From NCBI GenBank assembly GCA_026713485.1, contig JAPOOK010000007.1, positions 886 through 64,885 of the forward strand: a DNA stretch of 64,000 nucleotides, written 5' to 3'. The notes under the pieces were generated by a model. That model had not been told where the DNA came from, ran no database searches, and worked only from the letters and a program-made list of their open reading frames with translations. Positions within the stretch are counted from its first letter, which is position 1; every line of letters begins with the position of its first letter. This DNA is from Chloroflexota bacterium. Its GTDB lineage: Bacteria; Chloroflexota; Dehalococcoidia; UBA6926. The position numbers and the translations under genes were made by a program. Positions 26,444 through 35,880 of the stretch are shown here, in pieces.

Positions 26444-27544
26444 CTAGAACTCGATCAGCGCTCGCCCCACAACCTCGCCACGTCCAAGCGCGTCGTAGGC
26501 ATCGTTGACCTGCTCAATACCGTAGCGGCGCGTAATGATCTTCGGGCTGACGTCCACCACGCCCCGCTCCACCAGGTTCAGAATCTGCGGCATGTCCGTC
26601 CCCGCCCGCGCGCCGTACGACCCCATGATCCGGATGCCGCGCCGCACGATCCGTGTAATCTCAAACGGCACCGTCTCCCCGGCTGAGGCGATGCCGATCA
26701 TCACGACACGCCCCCCGTCCGCCACGGATTGAAACGCCTGCTGCACCGTTTGCGGCCTGCCCAGCGCCTCGAACGCCGCATCCACGCCTTGCCCGCCCGT
26801 GATCTCACGAATTCGTTCCGCCGCGTCTTCTTTTCCTGCGTTCACCGTATGTGTCGCGCCGAACGACCGCGCGAGTTCCAGCTTGTCGTCGTCGAGATCG
26901 ACGGCGATGAGCGGCGATGCGCCCACGGCTGCGGCAATCTGCACGACGTTCGTGCCGACCCCGCCCACGGCGAACACCGCGGCGCTCTCACCCATCCTCA
27001 GTTCGGCCTGGTTGCGGATCGCGCCAAATGCGGTGAACACGCTGCAGCCGATGATGGCCGATTCCTGTAACGAGAGACCGTCCGGCAGGCGAAACGCGGA
27101 CGACGCCGGCGTGACTGCGTACTCGGCAAGCGCCCCCATGCTGTACATCCACACTGGCGAGCCGTCGGGCCGCGCCAACCGTGTCGTGCCGTCGTAGAGC
27201 TGTCCCTTTAGGCGGTTGTAGGCGAAGAACGTCTCACACATATCATCCCTGCCACGGCGGCAGTACGCGCACGATCCACACGGCATGATGAAGCTGCACA
27301 CGACGCGATCGCCTACCGCAACATTCGTTACGCCGTCGCCGATGGCCTCCACCGTGCCGGATGTCTCATGGCCAAGCACGCACGGCGTTGGAAAAGCCAC
27401 CTCCCCCTTCATCACGTGGAGATCCGTGTGACACACGCCCGTTGCGGCGATCCTGAGCAGGACTTCGCCTGCGCGGGGCGAAGGCGTCGGCAGGTCCTCC
27501 ACCGTCATGGGTTGATTGATGTCGTTGAGGATTGCGGCTTTCAT
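26444..27544 (-). CDS. Zinc-dependent alcohol dehydrogenase family protein
   Basis: GVCHTDLH and GHETSG catalytic zinc motifs, plus a CGSCAYC structural zinc site. Confidence 0.88.
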   Translation of the reverse strand: MKAAILNDINQPMTVEDLPTPSPRAGEVLLRIAATGVCHTDLHVMKGEVAFPTPCVLGHETSGTVEAIGDGVTNVAVGDRVVCSFIMPCGSCAYCRRGRDDMCETFFAYNRLKGQLYDGTTRLARPDGSPVWMYSMGALAEYAVTPASSAFRLPDGLSLQESAIIGCSVFTAFGAIRNQAELRMGESAAVFAVGGVGTNVVQIAAAVGASPLIAVDLDDDKLELARSFGATHTVNAGKEDAAERIREITGGQGVDAAFEALGRPQTVQQAFQSVADGGRVVMIGIASAGETVPFEITRIVRRGIRIMGSYGARAGTDMPQILNLVERGVVDVSPKIITRRYGIEQVNDAYDALGRGEVVGRALIEF

Positions 27545-28368
27545 TCACCCGCTCCCTGGCGTCGCGCCAACACGCCTATCTGCGCATACATATAGAACGG
27601 CCACTCGGACTCTGCAAATCGAGTCCACGCCGCTGAAATCCTGTCCAGGTCGTCCTGCTCTGCCAGTCCGTAAGCCAGCGCGTCCGTCCCCACGTTCGAG
27701 TGCAGGATTCTCTGCGACCACATGCCGCCCCAGAAACGCGCGTCGTCACCGTCCATCACCACCACATTTGGGTGAATCTCATACTCCGGGAATCCCGCCT
27801 CCCGCACCCACCGGGCGAGATAGCGGCCCGCATCCGGCTCAGCTCCATTGCGATACGCCACGGCGTGGTACAACCGACTCCATTCCTCGAATTCCGGGAA
27901 CTTGGGTGACGGCGTCATCGTGGCGTAGTCCGTTTCTCGCACACTGAGCAAACCACCCGGCTTGAGCACCCGCCGCATCTCTCGCAGAGCTAACGGCTGA
28001 TCGGTCAGGTGCTGTAGGACCTGATTGGCATACACGACATCGAACGTCTCATCTTCGTAGTTGAGTTGATAAACGTCGCCAGCAGTAAACGTCACGTTGT
28101 CCACGCCTTCGGACGCAGCGTGGTCGCGTGCCTGAACCAGTATCTCCTCTGAGAGGTCGATGCCGATGGTCTCGCCCGGCGCGACTGCTCGTGCCAGACC
28201 GGCGGTGATCGTCCCCGGGCCGCATCCCACGTCAAGCAGGCGCATTCCGGCCTTCAGGTGTGGGAGCAGGAACCACGCTTCACCCTCCGCGCGACGCCGC
28301 GCGTGATTCTGCACCACGGACTCATGGTGTCCGTGCGTATAGCGGTCCCGCGGCACATCTGCAGTCAT
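27541..28368 (-). CDS. Class I SAM-dependent methyltransferase
   Basis: Motif I LLDVGCGPGTIT. 4-nt overlap with the downstream adh gene. Confidence 0.82.
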   Translation of the reverse strand: MTADVPRDRYTHGHHESVVQNHARRRAEGEAWFLLPHLKAGMRLLDVGCGPGTITAGLARAVAPGETIGIDLSEEILVQARDHAASEGVDNVTFTAGDVYQLNYEDETFDVVYANQVLQHLTDQPLALREMRRVLKPGGLLSVRETDYATMTPSPKFPEFEEWSRLYHAVAYRNGAEPDAGRYLARWVREAGFPEYEIHPNVVVMDGDDARFWGGMWSQRILHSNVGTDALAYGLAEQDDLDRISAAWTRFAESEWPFYMYAQIGVLARRQGAGE

Positions 28369-28400
28369 CTACAAGCCTTTCCTCAACACCTGTAACACCT

Positions 28401-28447
28401 GTCATTCTGAGCACCCTCGCATGTCATTCTGAGCGCAGCGAAGAATC
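28401..28447. repeat. REP-like units (GTCATTCTGAGC.. family)
   Basis: A truncated copy at 28401-28414 and a full GTCATTCTGAGCGCAGCGAAGAATC at 28423-28447. The same core occurs at 9862, 41835, 59125 and 59333. Confidence 0.85.
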
Positions 28448-28509
28448 CAAAGCTACACTGTGCAGCCTGACTCCGTAACGCCTACCCCAGTGCGCGGTAT
28501 GCTGGCCTT

Positions 28510-28704
28510 ATGGTCAATATCGCGCAAACTCTTGCCCCCGCTCTACCCGCCCATGCCCTCACCGGCGCGGGCGGATGGGCCGACGAGATCATAAGTTTCG
28601 GATTCATCATCGCCATTATTGCCATCCTGGTGTTGATGTCCCGTCTCGGCCGGCGCAAGCGTCTTCGCGACGAGGAGCGGAATCGGCAGGACGCTACCGA
28701 TTAG
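28510..28704 (+). CDS. Small hypothetical membrane protein (64 aa)
   Basis: One hydrophobic helix (IISFGFIIAIIAILVLM) followed by a basic tail. Its 3' end overlaps the convergent tsaB gene. Confidence 0.35.
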   Translation: MVNIAQTLAPALPAHALTGAGGWADEIISFGFIIAIIAILVLMSRLGRRKRLRDEERNRQDATD

Positions 28705-29404
28705 CCGCCTGCGCCTCTGCGCGTTCCACGGCCGCAGGCGGTCTCAGATACAGCGGCTCCAGCGTCGCAACGTCATCGACGTCACCGCGATTTAAGCGAA
28801 GAAGACCGAGACACGCCGCATTCGCCGCCGTCCTCGTCCGAATGACGTCCGGCGCGATCGTCAGCGCGTTTCCGAGGCCGCTAAGCGCCGTCTCTGTCAG
28901 CGCCTCATCGAATTCCCCTGTCAGAACACAATCCTCGCCGCGTTCGGCCATCCGTGAGATTAGCTCTTCCGGCGAGACGATGGCCTCCTCTACGAGTTGC
29001 ACGACGCCGTGCTCATCTGAGGCCGTATACGCTGCGGCGGCGTACTGCTTCCTACCCGCGTCCACAGCCGACCACACCGTGCGTCCCAGATGAACGGCCC
29101 CATACGCTGCAACGGCGAGAGTTCCCACACCGACAATCGGCACATCAAGCCCCTGCGCGAGTCCTTTCGCCGTGGCAAGGCCGATACGAATCCCTGTAAA
29201 GCTACCCGGCCCCCGCGTGGCAACAACGCCGGTCAGATCATCGGTCGTGATCCCCGCCAGCATCATCACGTGGCGAAGTGTTGGATGCACGTGCATGGTG
29301 TGATTGCGGCCTGCACGCCACGTCAGTTCCGCTGCAATTGTGCCGTCGGGATGGGCAATCGCGACGCTTGCCGTCTCGGTAGCGGTGTCGATGGCGATGA
29401 TCAT
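28694..29404 (-). CDS. tsaB: tRNA t6A37 biosynthesis protein TsaB
   Basis: MIIAIDTATE .. GPGSFTGIRIGLATAKG. ATG 29404 overlaps the tsaE stop as ATGA. The track ORF start at 29614 is an upstream extension inside tsaE. Confidence 0.88.
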   Translation of the reverse strand: MIIAIDTATETASVAIAHPDGTIAAELTWRAGRNHTMHVHPTLRHVMMLAGITTDDLTGVVATRGPGSFTGIRIGLATAKGLAQGLDVPIVGVGTLAVAAYGAVHLGRTVWSAVDAGRKQYAAAAYTASDEHGVVQLVEEAIVSPEELISRMAERGEDCVLTGEFDEALTETALSGLGNALTIAPDVIRTRTAANAACLGLLRLNRGDVDDVATLEPLYLRPPAAVERAEAQAANR

Positions 29405-29886
29405 TCCGTCGCCCCTACGCCTTCGGGCAGCGCGCTCAGAGCCTGGGCGGACACAGGCCCGCTGGCCGTCACCGATAGCCGCCGTTCGGTGTCCGATACG
29501 TACTCGATGTGGATTTCTAGCCGATCCTCGGGGAAGATGGACGTCGCGCGGTCGGCCCACTCGATGGCCAGCACGCCGTCTCTGCCCAGGTAGTCGTCCA
29601 GCCCCAGCTCCCACGCCTCCGCCGGATCGTCGATTCGATATAGGTCCATATGGAAGAGGGGCAAGCGGCCCTGGTATTCGTTGACCAGCACGAACGAGGG
29701 GCTCTTGGTGTACGCCGTCACTCCCAGGCCGTCGGCAAGGCCTTGTGTCAGTGTCGTTTTGCCCGCGCCAAGCTGCCCAATGAGTAGGACCAGCGTCCCG
29801 GCCTCCACGGACTTGCCAATCGCCCGCCCGATCTCTTTCGTCTCATCCGCAGAGCGGGAAACGCCGCTCCAGTCTCGCGTGGTCAT
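29401..29886 (-). CDS. tsaE: tRNA t6A37 biosynthesis ATPase TsaE
   Basis: 161 aa with Walker A GQLGAGKTTL. Confidence 0.9.
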   Translation of the reverse strand: MTTRDWSGVSRSADETKEIGRAIGKSVEAGTLVLLIGQLGAGKTTLTQGLADGLGVTAYTKSPSFVLVNEYQGRLPLFHMDLYRIDDPAEAWELGLDDYLGRDGVLAIEWADRATSIFPEDRLEIHIEYVSDTERRLSVTASGPVSAQALSALPEGVGATE

Positions 29887-29932
29887 AGAACCAGATTAGC
29901 GCATGGGGCTACCATGCTCGAGCGCTGGATCC

Positions 29933-29990
29933 GCACCTCCCCCTTGATGGGGGAGGTCGCGCGTCAGCGCGGGTGGGGGTGACGCGGAGC
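29933..29990. repeat. REP-like hairpin unit (CCTCCCCC..GGGGGAGG family)
   Basis: Hairpin CCTCCCCCTTGATGGGGGAGG followed by a G-rich tail GGGTGGGGGTGA. Related units occur at 41911, 46774, 53412 and 59290. Confidence 0.7.
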
Positions 29991-29991
29991 C

Positions 29992-31359
29992 CTAGCCCGC
30001 CCTTAGGAATTGCGGCTTTATCGCCGCTACTATCACCACGGACACCGCCAGCGCAGCGCCCAGAATGGCTAATGCCCAGCCGGCCCCGTACGCGGAGCCC
30101 ATGTACCCCGCCACCAGGCTGCCGATAGGAACAAAGCCCCGGTCCAACAGGTAGAGGCTGATGACGCGCCCATGAAACTCGCTTTCCGTTTGCGTTAGCA
30201 GCATCCCGTTCGTCAGCACCCGTTGGCTTGAGTCGAGTAGGCCCAGCAGAACCATGAGAGCCAGCGCGAGAATCAACCATGGCGCGGCCCCAAGCGCGGA
30301 TAGTACCACGCCGCTCAACGCCATCGTCACGACAATCAGCATTCCCTTGTTGCGCACGTTGCCGAGGTAAGCAAGAATCGACGGCCCGATAATCGACCCA
30401 ATCCCCATGAACGTCAGCATCCCGCCGAACAGCGTCGCGCCGGCGTTCTGGTTCAGGTTGAACGCGTCGGCAATCGTCAATAGCCACTCGGCATTGGATG
30501 CGAAACGCTCGTCTGCAATCTCCGGCAGCAGCACCATGAACGGCTGGAGGAACATCAGCGACAGCAGCCCGAGCAGCAGCAGAAGCAGGATGGTCGTGTG
30601 ACGCCGGACGTACTTGAGTCCCTCCCACGTATCCCGGAACGCGCCGGACACGCCCATGCTCGCCGCGCCGCGCTGCATCAGCGGATACGACTTCATCCAG
30701 AGCCACGCGCCAATGATCCCGAACTCCAACGCGATGATGATGATAAAGACCATCTCAAAGCCGGAAACGACGATGAGCACGCCGGTGAGCAGAGGGGCCA
30801 CGATGCGCGTGCCGTTGAAAGAGAACTGCTGCAGCGCCACCGCGTTCGCAATTCGCTCCCTGCCCACAATCGCCGGTATGAGCGCCTGCCGCCCCGGCTG
30901 ATTGAAAGCGATCATCGCGCCCCGTCCCGCAAACAGGGCGTAAGCGTGCCACAATTCCAGCCGATCCTGCAGTAACAGCCCAAGCAGCACCACGTAGATG
31001 GCGAGGATGCCGATCTGCGTGACGACGAGGATTGTCTTGCGGTTGACGCGGTCGGCAAGCACCCCGGCGGGAATCGCGAGGAACAGCACCGGTATCGAGC
31101 GCCAGAAGTTGACCCAGCCGACGGCGACCGGGTCCCCCGTGATCTCCCACACCAGCCAGCTGCGGGCGACAATCTCCATCCACAGCGTGAGCGCGTGCAT
31201 GCTCACGCCCGCCCACAGGATGCGGTAATCGCGGACGGCGAACGCGGAAACGGCCTCTCTCAGTGAGGCGCGGCCTCTAGGAGTGCGTCGCCCTTCTAAG
31301 GGTTCGTCGGGCGCAGTCGTCCCCTGCTCGGTATCCGTGCCGGTGTTGCGTGGTCTCAC
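29992..31359 (-). CDS. MFS transporter
   Basis: 455 aa with about 12 hydrophobic segments and an MFS loop motif GVLADRVNRK. Confidence 0.85.
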   Translation of the reverse strand: MRPRNTGTDTEQGTTAPDEPLEGRRTPRGRASLREAVSAFAVRDYRILWAGVSMHALTLWMEIVARSWLVWEITGDPVAVGWVNFWRSIPVLFLAIPAGVLADRVNRKTILVVTQIGILAIYVVLLGLLLQDRLELWHAYALFAGRGAMIAFNQPGRQALIPAIVGRERIANAVALQQFSFNGTRIVAPLLTGVLIVVSGFEMVFIIIIALEFGIIGAWLWMKSYPLMQRGAASMGVSGAFRDTWEGLKYVRRHTTILLLLLLGLLSLMFLQPFMVLLPEIADERFASNAEWLLTIADAFNLNQNAGATLFGGMLTFMGIGSIIGPSILAYLGNVRNKGMLIVVTMALSGVVLSALGAAPWLILALALMVLLGLLDSSQRVLTNGMLLTQTESEFHGRVISLYLLDRGFVPIGSLVAGYMGSAYGAGWALAILGAALAVSVVIVAAIKPQFLRAG

Positions 31360-31374
31360 CTGTCGCGGTCCGGA

Positions 31375-32784
31375 CTAGTCCATTTGGCGGACCCTCTTCG
31401 TGAAGAAGGTGAAGAAGGTCGTTACGCACAGGAGAATGATGGCAGAACCGCCCACGGCAAGCTGCGCCCCCGCAAAGCCGCCCTGCGTGCCGACGACATC
31501 CGCCAGCACACCAACGAAAAACACGCCGAAGTTCGTCATGGCCCAGTTGAGCATGTAGATACTCATCACACGGCCCCGGTGCTCGTCGTCTGAGTACACC
31601 TGCGCGAGCGTGTTGCTGAGAGCCATGCGACCCGCCTGAGCGAATCCCAGCGGGATGAACATGATGAAGGCGATGAGATACGAATTCGTAAAGCTGAACA
31701 CAATCAGGGACGCCGCCATCACGAACATGCTGATCAACAGCCAGAGTCCGCGTTTCTTGTCATCCATCGTCGCGACGAATACGGAGCCGACCAGAGCGCC
31801 GATGCCGGAGATGCTGATCAGCAAGCCCTGACGCGCCGATGATTGGTCGAGCGTTTCAAATAACGTCCCCACCAGTGGCAGCGACGTGAAGAAGGTGAGC
31901 CGGGAGGGATCGACGGTGAGGATGGTGTCGGTGAAAGCGGGGAGCAGGAACATGTACGGCATCGACAGCACAAAGGAGAATAGCGAGAAGATCAACAGCA
32001 TGAGGAGGGCGTTGTTTCGTTTGACATACGTGAGACCTTCGCCCACCTGCTTCAGCATCCCGGAGCCGCGCAGAGCAACGGCGCCCGACAGTGGGAGACC
32101 CATCAGCATGATGACGCCTGTGCCGTACAGCACCGCCATGATGTAATACACGCCCTCGATGTCCCACAGGGCGATAAGGAATCCGGCCAGCGCCGGGCCC
32201 ATCAGGCGGAGCAGGTTCATCGCCGCGCCGTTCAACGCCACGGCGTTCGTGATCATGTTCGCGCTCACTAGCTCCGGGATGATCGCCTGTCGCGCAGGCA
32301 TCATCAGCGCCATCACGATTCCCTGCAGGAACGACGCAATGAGCAAATGCCAGACGGATATGGAGCCCAGCGTGATGGACATGGCCACGCCCACCGTGAT
32401 GATCGTAGACATGATTTGCCCGATGATGAGCACTTGCTTCTTCGGCACGCGGTCAGCAAGCACTCCGCCAAACAGGGAGAGGGTCAACATCGGCAATCCG
32501 TTTGCCAGCGCCACTGCCCCAAGCATCGTCACGCTGCCGTCGTTCGTGCCGGGTGTCTTGGATAACTCATAGACGTACCAGGAGCGCGCCATCATTTGCA
32601 TGTTCATCGCGCCCATCTGGCCGAGAACAAACAGGAAATACAGGCGATACGCCGGGACGGTCAGGGAGGCAATCGCGCGGAATCCGACGCCCCGCCGTTC
32701 AGTGACGGGGCCTGGAGGCTGTCCGCCAACGCCGGGGCCGCCACGTGGTCCGCCCGGTCCACCCATCGGAGGTCCGCCCATCAT
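31375..32784 (-). CDS. MFS transporter (paralog of the downstream gene)
   Basis: 469 aa with the motif GGVLADRVPKK and a Gly/Pro-rich N-terminus. Confidence 0.85.
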   Translation of the reverse strand: MMGGPPMGGPGGPRGGPGVGGQPPGPVTERRGVGFRAIASLTVPAYRLYFLFVLGQMGAMNMQMMARSWYVYELSKTPGTNDGSVTMLGAVALANGLPMLTLSLFGGVLADRVPKKQVLIIGQIMSTIITVGVAMSITLGSISVWHLLIASFLQGIVMALMMPARQAIIPELVSANMITNAVALNGAAMNLLRLMGPALAGFLIALWDIEGVYYIMAVLYGTGVIMLMGLPLSGAVALRGSGMLKQVGEGLTYVKRNNALLMLLIFSLFSFVLSMPYMFLLPAFTDTILTVDPSRLTFFTSLPLVGTLFETLDQSSARQGLLISISGIGALVGSVFVATMDDKKRGLWLLISMFVMAASLIVFSFTNSYLIAFIMFIPLGFAQAGRMALSNTLAQVYSDDEHRGRVMSIYMLNWAMTNFGVFFVGVLADVVGTQGGFAGAQLAVGGSAIILLCVTTFFTFFTKRVRQMD

Positions 32785-33344
32785 CGAGCCGGCACCTCAG
32801 ATCGGTTCTCTTCTGCGGCGTCGGCTTCCTGTAGTCGTTTCAGGCCCTCAAGCAATGTAGCGAGGCCCTGTTGCGCGCCGTCGGCTTCGTCGGACGTGAG
32901 TTCATTGAGACGCTCTTCCCACGCTCTGCGGCGCAGGTTCAAGAGACGCTCCGCGAGATCAACGCCGTCGGACGTGAGGCGACAGACGTTGGAGCGGCGA
33001 TCATCGGGATCCTGCCAGCGTTCGACGAGTCCTCGCTCGACAAGGCGGTCGATGACCCCCGTCGCGGTGGACAACGATGTGCCAAGCTGGCCGGCAACGA
33101 TGCCCATGCGGCAGTCACCGTGGCGGCGCAGAGCAAAGAGCGCGCGCAGCTGGGGCATCGTCAAATCGACGGTGAACCAGTCGTCTGCGATTGCCGGCCT
33201 GAGCAGACGGAAGATGACCTCAAGGTCTTCAATCAACCGCTGGGTTGCTGGGTTGGCAGGGCGAGAAGGTTCATCCGACGTTGTCACGTCGTCACCGGTT
33301 CGTTCTCGCACCGCCGAATGTCCATTGGTATCCAACACTTTCAC
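32781..33344 (-). CDS. MarR-family transcriptional regulator
   Basis: wHTH LTMPQLRALFALRRHGDCRMGIVAGQLGTSLSTATGVIDRLVERGLVER. 4-nt overlap with the MFS gene. Confidence 0.88.
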   Translation of the reverse strand: MKVLDTNGHSAVRERTGDDVTTSDEPSRPANPATQRLIEDLEVIFRLLRPAIADDWFTVDLTMPQLRALFALRRHGDCRMGIVAGQLGTSLSTATGVIDRLVERGLVERWQDPDDRRSNVCRLTSDGVDLAERLLNLRRRAWEERLNELTSDEADGAQQGLATLLEGLKRLQEADAAEENRSEVPAR

Positions 33345-33357
33345 TCACCCAAAGTAT

Positions 33358-33379
33358 TTGACCCAGGCGCACGTGTCAA
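33358..33379. promoter_or_regulatory. Palindrome TTGAC-N12-GTCAA in the marR/ndk intergenic region (possible MarR operator)
   Basis: An inverted repeat is seen directly upstream of marR. Its function is inferred only. Confidence 0.3.
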
Positions 33380-33447
33380 CTATCCCTGTCTGCTACCCTA
33401 TTGAAGACATTTCCCCAGCGTCATCACATAGGAGACACGAAGACAGA

Positions 33448-33906
33448 ATGGCAGTAGAACGCACCCTTATCCTCATCAAGCCGGACGCCGTGCAGCGCGG
33501 CCTGACGGGTGAGATTCTTGGACGATTCGAGAAGCGCGGCCTAAAGGTCGTCGGCGCGAAATTCATGCGTGTTGAGCGGTCCCTTGCAGAGGAGCACTAT
33601 GCCGAGCACGTTGGCAAGCCCTTCCTCCCGGGACTCCTGGACTTCATCACGTCATCCCCGCTGCTGGCGATGGTGCTGGAAGGCGAGCGGGCCATCGAGC
33701 TTGCCCGCCAGACGATGGGCGCAACGGATCCCGGCAAGGCCGCGCCGGGCAGCATCCGCGCCGACCTTGGCCTCTCAGTTGGGTTGAACCTGGTGCACGG
33801 CTCGGACGGGCCGGAATCTGCGGCGCGTGAGGTTTCGCTCTGGTTCGACGAGTCCGAGTTGATCGACTATCAGCAGGCCACGGAGCAGTGGCTCATTGAA
33901 TCCTGA
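33448..33906 (+). CDS. ndk: Nucleoside-diphosphate kinase
   Basis: MAVERTLILIKPDAVQRGL .. NLVHGSD (active-site His). This is the 3' part of a spurious 436-aa track ORF (32596-33906). Confidence 0.95.
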   Translation: MAVERTLILIKPDAVQRGLTGEILGRFEKRGLKVVGAKFMRVERSLAEEHYAEHVGKPFLPGLLDFITSSPLLAMVLEGERAIELARQTMGATDPGKAAPGSIRADLGLSVGLNLVHGSDGPESAAREVSLWFDESELIDYQQATEQWLIES

Positions 33907-34276
33907 CCAGCGGCACAGCGCTGCGCCACAACTGCTCCAGCCCATAGAGCTGCCGCTGCTCCCCGGCAAAGATGTGGACGATCACATCGTTGAAGTCCAT
34001 CAGGAGCCAACCGGAGTCCGCGTCGCCCTCCGTTCGCAGGACTGCCTGACCGGAATCTTTCAACCCTTTGTGCATCGCCTCCTGGATCGCCTGCCCCTGT
34101 CGCTTGGACTCCACCGTCATGAGCACAAAGGCGTCCGCGTAGCCACAGATATTTCGCACATCGAGCAGGAGGATATCGCTCGCCTGCCGGTCCTCCGCAA
34201 TCTCGACCGCCTTCCGCGCCAGCTCGATGCCGGCGGCGGCCGCATCAGTATCCGTAGAAGTAACCTGTTCCGTCAT
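33893..34276 (-). CDS. rsfS: Ribosome silencing factor RsfS
   Basis: ILLLDVRNICGYADAFVLMTVESKRQ .. WLLMDFNDVIVHIF. Confidence 0.9.
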   Translation of the reverse strand: MTEQVTSTDTDAAAAGIELARKAVEIAEDRQASDILLLDVRNICGYADAFVLMTVESKRQGQAIQEAMHKGLKDSGQAVLRTEGDADSGWLLMDFNDVIVHIFAGEQRQLYGLEQLWRSAVPLVRIQ

Positions 34277-34320
34277 GAGGCCATACTACACAACGCACCC
34301 CAACCCCGCGAGGCTGACTG

Positions 34321-35202
34321 ATGGATTCACTGGCCGTCACACTTGCCGTCGCCGCCCTCCTCCTCGGCGCAGTTGCCGACCTCCTCTATCGTGTCGCCCA
34401 GCAGCGCGGTATTGACGCCCCCAACTTTATCTTCTGGCAATCGACCATCTTCACGGCAATCATCTGGGGTGTGGCCGTCTCGAGTTGGGGAGTTTTCGGC
34501 GATGACGGCCCAGTAGACTTCATCCACAGGAGCACATGGCTCTACGGCGTGCCCGCGGGCGTGTTCGGCTACCTGGGGTTGACGCTCTTTGTGGCGAGTC
34601 TCCGTACTGGGGACGCGAGCGTCAACGCGCCCATATTCAGGCTCAACTTTGTCGTCACGGCGTTGGGCGCAATAGTCATCCTCGGTGAGTCCGCCGAGCC
34701 GATTAAGCTTGGAGGCATCCTCCTGGCTGTCCTGGCCGTCCTCGTTCTCTTGAATATCACCCAGATCTCGGCCATCCGCTCCGACCTCCGGTCAATCCTT
34801 CTGGCGGTTGCAGCATCCGGATTCTTTGGAGTCGCCGGACTGATCTCCAAGGCCGGCCTCGATACCGGCGACATCGGCGCGATTCCCATGGTTCTCACGC
34901 AGACCGTCGGATTCCAGCAGGCCGCCATCATCACACTCTTGCGAAGGCGCAACTTCAGCATTACCCGCCCCGTCGCCCAATTCGCCCCGGGTATCGCAGT
35001 CATCCAGGTCACGTGGGCGGTTCTCCTCTTCGAGTCCCTCCGCATCGGCGACGCCAGCATCAGCTATCCCATCGTGCAGATGAGTTTCGTCATCACTGCG
35101 GTGCTGGCCGTGATATTCCTGAAGGAGGAGATGAACTGGAGCAAAGGCGGCGGCCTCGTATTGGCCATCATCGCCGTCGCCGTTCTCGGCTTAGCCGGTT
35201 GA
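34321..35202 (+). CDS. EamA/DMT-family transporter
   Basis: 293 aa with about 10 TM segments in two EamA-like halves. Confidence 0.65.
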   Translation: MDSLAVTLAVAALLLGAVADLLYRVAQQRGIDAPNFIFWQSTIFTAIIWGVAVSSWGVFGDDGPVDFIHRSTWLYGVPAGVFGYLGLTLFVASLRTGDASVNAPIFRLNFVVTALGAIVILGESAEPIKLGGILLAVLAVLVLLNITQISAIRSDLRSILLAVAASGFFGVAGLISKAGLDTGDIGAIPMVLTQTVGFQQAAIITLLRRRNFSITRPVAQFAPGIAVIQVTWAVLLFESLRIGDASISYPIVQMSFVITAVLAVIFLKEEMNWSKGGGLVLAIIAVAVLGLAG

Positions 35203-35295
35203 CGACGCTGCGTGAAGGGCTTGACAGTGCTATCCTGTCCGCGTTGAACGGCTTGTTGGCGCTAAGAGAAAGGTAAGGACGAAGGGGTTCAGGCA

Positions 35296-35880
35296 ATGCG
35301 CAGAATTACTGCATTCGGCGCAATCCTCTTCTCGCTGGCACTGGGCTTGGCTCTGGTATGGGCGACTGTGGCTGTCGCCATTAGCGATGATTCTCCGGAC
35401 GATGCCGCTCCTGCTTCGCGTACACAGGCAGTCGAGAACGACCCCGACAATTCAGATGATGATGACGAGGACGATCCCGACCCCGACAGTGATAACCCTC
35501 CACTGACCGATAACGACGGCACAGACTCTGACGGCATCGATACTCCAACACCTACCGACAATGACGGCATCGACACGCCAGAACCCTCCCAACAGCAGAC
35601 CAGGGTCGCCGCTCAACAGGATCAGGCTATAGCTCAGCAGCAACAGGTCGATACGGACAACGACGGCTTCGATACCACCGCCAATACCGATCACGACGGC
35701 TTCGATACCACCGCCAACACCGATCACGACGGCTTCGATACCACTGCCAATACCGATCACGACGGCTTCGATACCACCGCCAATACCGATCACGACGGCA
35801 CCGACTCCGACGGTATCGATACTCCAACACCTACCGACAACGACGACGATAGTGATGACACCAATGACCTCAGTTCTTGA
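35296..35880 (+). CDS. Secreted acidic repeat protein with thrombospondin-type-3-like DxDxDG calcium-binding repeats
   Basis: Signal/TM segment ITAFGAILFSLALGLALVWA, then repeats of TDNDGIDTP and NTDHDGFDTTA. Confidence 0.7.
   Translation: MRRITAFGAILFSLALGLALVWATVAVAISDDSPDDAAPASRTQAVENDPDNSDDDDEDDPDPDSDNPPLTDNDGTDSDGIDTPTPTDNDGIDTPEPSQQQTRVAAQQDQAIAQQQQVDTDNDGFDTTANTDHDGFDTTANTDHDGFDTTANTDHDGFDTTANTDHDGTDSDGIDTPTPTDNDDDSDDTNDLSS
35662..35793 (+). repeat. Tandem repeat, 33 nt x 4 (in-frame, inside the CDS)
   Basis: Unit GACGGCTTCGATACCACCGCCAATACCGATCAC at 35662, 35695, 35728 and 35761, with 1-2 substitutions. It is flanked by a ~50-nt outer repeat (35516-35566 / 35794-35845). Confidence 0.9.

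Noticed and set aside
32596-33447. The N-terminal ~284 codons of the 436-aa + ORF 32596-33906.
   Set aside because: That part is antisense to the MFS and MarR genes and is Arg/Ser/Ala-rich. Only the segment from ATG 33448 encodes a recognisable protein (Ndk).
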